Shown here in pieces: positions 20,293-24,000 of a stretch of DNA of 24,000 bases (its first letter is position 1; each line of letters opens with the position of its first letter). A program made the translations under genes and the position numbers. A model generated the notes under the pieces. That model was not told where the DNA came from, did not search any database, and saw only the letters and a program-made list of their open reading frames with translations. Source of the DNA: Moorella sp. Hama-1 (GTDB lineage: Bacteria; Bacillota; DSM-521; Neomoorellales; Neomoorellaceae); contig NZ_AP024620.1 of NCBI RefSeq assembly GCF_023734095.1, positions 3,259,570 to 3,283,569 of the forward strand, given 5' to 3'.

Positions 20293-21729
20293 CTAACTTC
20301 TCTTCCAGCGCGAGCCGCGGGGGGTGTCCTCCAGGGTGATCCCCAGTTCCTTAAGGCGGTCGCGAATGGCATCGGCTGTGGCCCAATCCCGACGCTGGCG
20401 GGCCTCCTGGCGTACCTGGAGGATGAGGTTCATCAGGCCGTCGAGGAGTTCATCGTCCACCTGCCCGGCAGTCCGGCCAAAGAGGCCCAGAACCTCTCCC
20501 CCCAGCCCCTCAAAAACAGTAGCTGCCGTCTTCAGGGTTACCGGATCAATGGCCGCCGTCCCGTTCAGGTAGGTGTTAATCTCCCGGGCCAGGTCATAAA
20601 GGGCGGCCAGGGCCCGGGCCGTATTAAAGTCGTCATCCATGGCGGTCACAAACTCCTGGCGTAATTCTTCCACCCTGCCGGCCAGGGTGGCCCCCCCGGC
20701 CGGGGTCGCTGTTCCCGCCCCGCCGCCCGTTATCTGGCACCGGGCTTCCCCCAGGAGGCGGCGGGTATTCTCCAGGCGCTCCAGGCCCTTTTCGGCTGCT
20801 TGCAGGCCGTCGTCATCAAAGTCAATGGGGCTGCGGTAATGAGTGGCCAGCAGGTAGAGGCGCACCGCCAGGGGGCGGAAACGGCTGCAAATATCCCTCA
20901 CCAGGAAGAAGTTGCCCCGGGATTTGGACATCTTTTCCTGGTTAATGGTTATAAAGCCATTGTGGAGCCAGTAACGGGCAAAGGTGCAACCTGTCTGGGC
21001 CTCCGCCTGGGCTATCTCATTCTCGTGGTGGGGAAAAATGAGGTCGGCACCGCCACCGTGGATATCGAAACCCGGCCCCAGGTATTTAAGGGCCATGGTC
21101 GAGCACTCAATATGCCATCCCGGCCGCCCCGGTCCCCAGGGGCTCTCCCAGGATGGTTCCCCCGGGCTGGCCCCCTTCCACAGGGCAAAATCCAGGGGAT
21201 TGCGTTTGCAGGTATTGACCTCCACCCGCGCCCCGGCCCGCATCTCCCCGGTGGTCCTTCGGGACAGGCGGCCGTAGGCCGGAAATTTAGCCACCTCAAA
21301 ATAAACGTCCCCCCCGGCGGGATAGGCAAAGCCACGCTGGACGAGGGTGTCGATAGCGTCGATAATAGCGTCGATATGCTGGCTGACCCGGGGATACAGG
21401 GTGGCGCGCTTGACGTTCAGGGCGTCGGCGTCCGTAAAGAATTCCCCAATATACCGTTCGGCAATGGTCAGGGGGTCCTGTTGCTCCTCCCGGGCCCGGT
21501 TGATTACCTTATCGTCGATGTCGGTGAAGTTCTGTACATAGAAGACGTCATAGTTACGGTACTCCAAGTAACGGCGGATGGTGTCGAAAACCACCATTGG
21601 CCGGGCGTTACCCAGGTGGATATAGTTATAGGTTGTCGGACCGCAGACATACATGCGCACCCGGCCCGGTTCAGCCGGTATAAACTCTTCCTTGCTTCCC
21701 GTCAGGGTATTGTAGAGATAAATGCCCAT
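20293..21729 (-). CDS. cysS: Cysteine--tRNA ligase
   Basis: 478 aa from ATG 21729-21727 ([44 protein letters not shown]...). It has the HIGN (HIGH-type) and KMSKS motifs and ends ...GSRWKRS. RBS TGGAGGCCGAAAAGG. The 511-aa track ORF adds a spurious 33-aa N-terminus. Confidence 0.96.
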   Translation of the reverse strand: MGIYLYNTLTGSKEEFIPAEPGRVRMYVCGPTTYNYIHLGNARPMVVFDTIRRYLEYRNYDVFYVQNFTDIDDKVINRAREEQQDPLTIAERYIGEFFTDADALNVKRATLYPRVSQHIDAIIDAIDTLVQRGFAYPAGGDVYFEVAKFPAYGRLSRRTTGEMRAGARVEVNTCKRNPLDFALWKGASPGEPSWESPWGPGRPGWHIECSTMALKYLGPGFDIHGGGADLIFPHHENEIAQAEAQTGCTFARYWLHNGFITINQEKMSKSRGNFFLVRDICSRFRPLAVRLYLLATHYRSPIDFDDDGLQAAEKGLERLENTRRLLGEARCQITGGGAGTATPAGGATLAGRVEELRQEFVTAMDDDFNTARALAALYDLAREINTYLNGTAAIDPVTLKTAATVFEGLGGEVLGLFGRTAGQVDDELLDGLMNLILQVRQEARQRRDWATADAIRDRLKELGITLEDTPRGSRWKRS

Positions 21730-22405
21730 CCTTTTCGGCCTCCAGTTCTTCAACCCTTTGCTCCAAACGCTGGATTTGGCGTTGCAGGCAGAGGAGCATC
21801 TCCGCCACCGGGTCCGGCAGTTCTTCATGGCGGAGGTCTACGGCACTCACTTCGGCATCGGCAATTTTGCGGCCGTTACGTACCACCACTTTCCCCGGCA
21901 CGCCGACCACGGTGCAGTTGGGTGGTACATCCCTAAGGACGACGGAACCGGCGCCGATCTTGACGTTGTCACCGATGGTGATGTTGCCTAAAACCTTGGC
22001 CCCGGCGCTGATTACTACGTTATTACCAATGGTGGGGTGGCGTTTACCCTTCTCTTTGCCGGTGCCCCCCAGGGTAACCCCCTGGTAAAGGGTAACGTTA
22101 TTGCCCACTTCAGCTGTTTCGCCAATGATGACACCCATACCGTGATCGATAAAGATCCCTTCTCCCAGTTTGGCCCCCGGGTGGATCTCAATACCCGTCA
22201 GGAAGCGATTGATCTGGGAGATAATCCGGGCCAGCAGGATCAGGCCCCGGCGGTAACAGGCATGGGCCAGGCGATGGAGGATCAGGGCATGGAAACCCGG
22301 GTAGCAGAGGATGACCTCCAGGAGGCTGTGGGCCGCCGGATCCCGCTGGAAGACAACTTCAATATCCTTCTTTAACCGCCGCCACAAGGTCTTCATCTCC
22401 TCCAA
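21671..22405 (-). CDS. cysE: Serine O-acetyltransferase
   Basis: [30 protein letters not shown]...[60 protein letters not shown] shows the hexapeptide repeats typical of CysE. The start is ambiguous: TTG at 22405, as in the track, or ATG at 22396. The GGAGGAG purine run abuts the ATG. The 3' end overlaps cysS by 59 nt. Confidence 0.92.
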   Translation of the reverse strand: MEEMKTLWRRLKKDIEVVFQRDPAAHSLLEVILCYPGFHALILHRLAHACYRRGLILLARIISQINRFLTGIEIHPGAKLGEGIFIDHGMGVIIGETAEVGNNVTLYQGVTLGGTGKEKGKRHPTIGNNVVISAGAKVLGNITIGDNVKIGAGSVVLRDVPPNCTVVGVPGKVVVRNGRKIADAEVSAVDLRHEELPDPVAEMLLCLQRQIQRLEQRVEELEAEKDGHLSLQYPDGKQGRVYTG

Positions 22406-22411
22406 AAATAG

Positions 22412-22701
22412 GGTTCTGGCAAAAATGGATTCTTATGGTAAGCATTTGGCTAGGGGGCTGGCGGTACAGGTCTCCAGGCTCCGTGGTTCTCGGCGAGCAA
22501 ACTTAGCGCTCAGTTGCTTAAGCCGCGGGGGTGGCTTTACATTATTTCATAAGAATAAGCGCAGCGGGGAGCGGAGCTCTTCGTTCCTTAATTTACGTTC
22601 CGATCCCCATCCCGTTCACCGCCGCCTCGCTTCGGCTTCGCGCAAGTATCTAGCGCCTCAAACCCTGTACCGGCCAGCCCCTTCCCTCAGCCTGCATTTC
22701 G
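22412..22701. repeat. Unclassified non-coding repeat element, copy B
   Basis: Homologous to and co-oriented with 10872-11175. It has the identical 60-nt block 22454-22513 and the same inverted-repeat pair (22454-22470 / 22664-22681). It occupies the gap between the T-box terminator and the cysE start codon. Confidence 0.85.
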
Positions 22702-22711
22702 CCGGGCAGGC

Positions 22712-22972
22712 TAAAATAAAAGCCCCCTCTCCGGTCAGGGACGAGGGGTTCTCGTGGTTCCACCCTGGTTGAGGATTGCTCCTCCACTCAACGGGTAATA
22801 ATTTCCCGGGCCGTAACGGGGCCTGCCGGCAGGACCTACTCCCTCAAAAATTTCAGCCCTGCAGCTCCCAGGTGCATTTCAACGCCCGGTGTATCCAGGG
22901 CCACTTCCAGCCGCCGGTGGTCCCTCTCTGGTGATTCCCGGTACGCTTACTCTCCTGTTCCTCGCTATTAAT
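22712..22972 (-). promoter_or_regulatory. T-box riboswitch leader with Cys (UGC) specifier, including its terminator (hairpin 22723-22748 plus U tract)
   Basis: The minus strand shows Stem I elements (AGCGAGGAACAGGAGAGTA, CCAGAGAGGGACC...GGCGGCTGGAAG). The specifier-loop sequence is GAAATGCA, with the UGC codon at 22876-22874. The conserved T-box sequence is AACCAGGGTGGAACCACGAG (22770-22751). The terminator is CCCCTC...GAGGGGG-CTTTTATTTT. A Cys T-box upstream of cysE-cysS is the known Bacillus arrangement. Confidence 0.85.
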
Positions 22973-22980
22973 ACAGGGTA

Positions 22981-23010
22981 ATTATAAACCGGGGGCGACT
23001 GTACTGTCAA
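22981..23010 (-). promoter_or_regulatory. Near-consensus sigma-A promoter for the T-box/cysES transcript
   Basis: The minus strand reads TTGACA (23010-23005), then an 18-nt spacer, then TATAAT (22986-22981). The -35 lies inside the ispF coding sequence and the -10 overlaps the ispF stop codon. Confidence 0.6.
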
Positions 23011-23473
23011 GGAGCAATACTACGGCCTGGGCGGCGATACCCTCACCCCGCCCGGTAAAGCCCAGCCCCTCGGTAGTAGTGGCCTTGACGCTTATTTTAC
23101 CCGGATCTACACCCAGGGTGGTGGCGATACGGGTTCGCATGTCGGCGATATAGGGTGCCAGGCGGGGTTCCTGGGCGATAATAATGGTATCGGCGTTGGC
23201 CAGGGAATAGCCCGCGGCGCGGACGTGCCGGTAGGCCTCCTTTAACAGGAGCAGGCTGTCGGCGTCGCGATAGCGGGGGTCGCCGGGGGGAAAATAGTGG
23301 CCAATATCCCCCAGGGCAGCCGCCCCCAGGAGGGCGTCGGCCAGGGCATGGAGCAAAACGTCGGCGTCGGAGTGCCCCTCCAGTCCCCGGGTGTATGGAA
23401 TAGTCACGCCCCCCAGCACCAGCCTCCGGCCGGGAACCAGGCGATGAACGTCATAGCCACAGCCAATCCGCAT
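22982..23473 (-). CDS. ispF: 2-C-methyl-D-erythritol 2,4-cyclodiphosphate synthase
   Basis: [58 protein letters not shown]... is a classic IspF sequence. ATG at 23473-23471 overlaps the ispD TGA stop (TGATG). The track ORF starts one codon earlier, at TTG. Confidence 0.95.
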   Translation of the reverse strand: MRIGCGYDVHRLVPGRRLVLGGVTIPYTRGLEGHSDADVLLHALADALLGAAALGDIGHYFPPGDPRYRDADSLLLLKEAYRHVRAAGYSLANADTIIIAQEPRLAPYIADMRTRIATTLGVDPGKISVKATTTEGLGFTGRGEGIAAQAVVLLLDSTVAPGL

Positions 23474-24000
23474 CAACCGGCACCCCCCAGGAGGGCCCCG
23501 GCCAGGACCAGGTCACCGGGGGTGGTGATTTTAATATTCGTTTCCTCTCCAGGAACCAGCTTGACGGGGTAACCCATCCTTTCTACCAGGGTAGCGTCGT
23601 CGGTTGCCTGCCAGCCCCTTTGCGCCGCCTCATGGTAAGCCTCATCCAGCCATTCACGGCGGAATACCTGGGGGGTCTGGACGGACCAGAGGCCGCGGCG
23701 ATCCAAGGTAGCTGTCACCAGCCCGTCTGCCCCCCCCTGCTTGAGGGTCTCCTTGACCGGCAGGGCCACAATAGCGGCCCCCGTGGTCCGGGCCGCCATA
23801 ATCACCCTCTCCAGCAATGCCGCCGTTAAAAAAGGCCGTGCACCATCGTGCACGGCCACCCATTCTGCTGCCGGCGCCACGGCTTGGAGGGCTGCGGCGA
23901 TGGAATCCTGGCGTTCGGCGCCGCCGGCAACTATCGCCCTGACTTTGTCGCCCCCGTCCCTGGCCGCCACCTGCCGGCAGCGGGGGATATCCTCCGGCCG
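23473..24000 (-). CDS. ispD: 2-C-methyl-D-erythritol 4-phosphate cytidylyltransferase; the 5' end lies beyond the right edge
   Basis: ...[22 protein letters not shown]...[10 protein letters not shown]...ALPVKETLK...[13 protein letters not shown]...[19 protein letters not shown] are typical IspD motifs. The frame remains open from 23970 to 24000, so the GTG chosen by the track is internal. Confidence 0.9.
   Translation of the reverse strand, partial: RPEDIPRCRQVAARDGGDKVRAIVAGGAERQDSIAAALQAVAPAAEWVAVHDGARPFLTAALLERVIMAARTTGAAIVALPVKETLKQGGADGLVTATLDRRGLWSVQTPQVFRREWLDEAYHEAAQRGWQATDDATLVERMGYPVKLVPGEETNIKITTPGDLVLAGALLGGAG

Noticed and set aside
20800-21936. A 378-aa plus-strand ORF antisense to cysS, along with similar long antisense ORFs at 323-1066, 6989-7669, 8135-8722, 11927-12463 and 15792-16355.
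   Set aside because: All lie entirely opposite well-supported conserved genes and have Gly/Pro/Arg/Ala-rich low-complexity composition. None has a recognisable RBS or domain motif. They are the expected stop-codon-poor antisense frames of GC-rich DNA.

Overview
Almost the whole window is a minus-strand, tightly packed core transcription/translation locus of a GC-rich, sporulation-competent Firmicute. The species cannot be named from sequence alone. Reading right to left the order is ispD(partial)-ispF-[Cys T-box]-cysE-cysS-mrnC-thyX-rlmB-yacP-sigH-[tRNA-Tyr, tRNA-fMet, tRNA-Thr]-ychF-[two tiny hydrophobic ORFs]-(plus-strand small EamA-like membrane protein)-rpmG-secE-nusG-rplK-rplA-[L10 leader]-rplJ-rplL-rpoB-rpoC-ybxF-rpsL-rpsG-fusA(partial). 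This is nearly colinear with the Bacillus subtilis cysE...fusA region. The differences are thyX inserted between mrnC and rlmB, a tRNA/ychF/small-ORF block between sigH and rpmG, and no gltX between ispF and cysE. Several genes use non-ATG starts, read directly from the sequence: rpoB, rpsG and ychF use TTG; rplJ, rplA, yacP and mrnC use GTG. The main unexplained content is non-coding. (1) Two co-oriented copies of a roughly 290-340 nt element lie inside operon spacers. One splits the rplJ-rplL spacer and is bracketed by a perfect 15-nt direct repeat. The other lies between the Cys T-box terminator and the cysE start. Each can close on itself with the same 17-bp helix, and I could not match it to any RNA family I know. 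(2) A second, smaller repeat family consists of degenerate heptamer arrays flanking a GGC-TGC-GCC-type hairpin. It fills the tRNA-Tyr/tRNA-fMet spacer and recurs as a half copy upstream of rpmG. Minor oddities are a canonical G-quadruplex motif in the rpsG-fusA spacer, an initiator tRNA with a U1:A72 pair, and a 59-nt cysE/cysS overlap. No defence system, CRISPR array, transposase or other protein-coding accessory system is visible.
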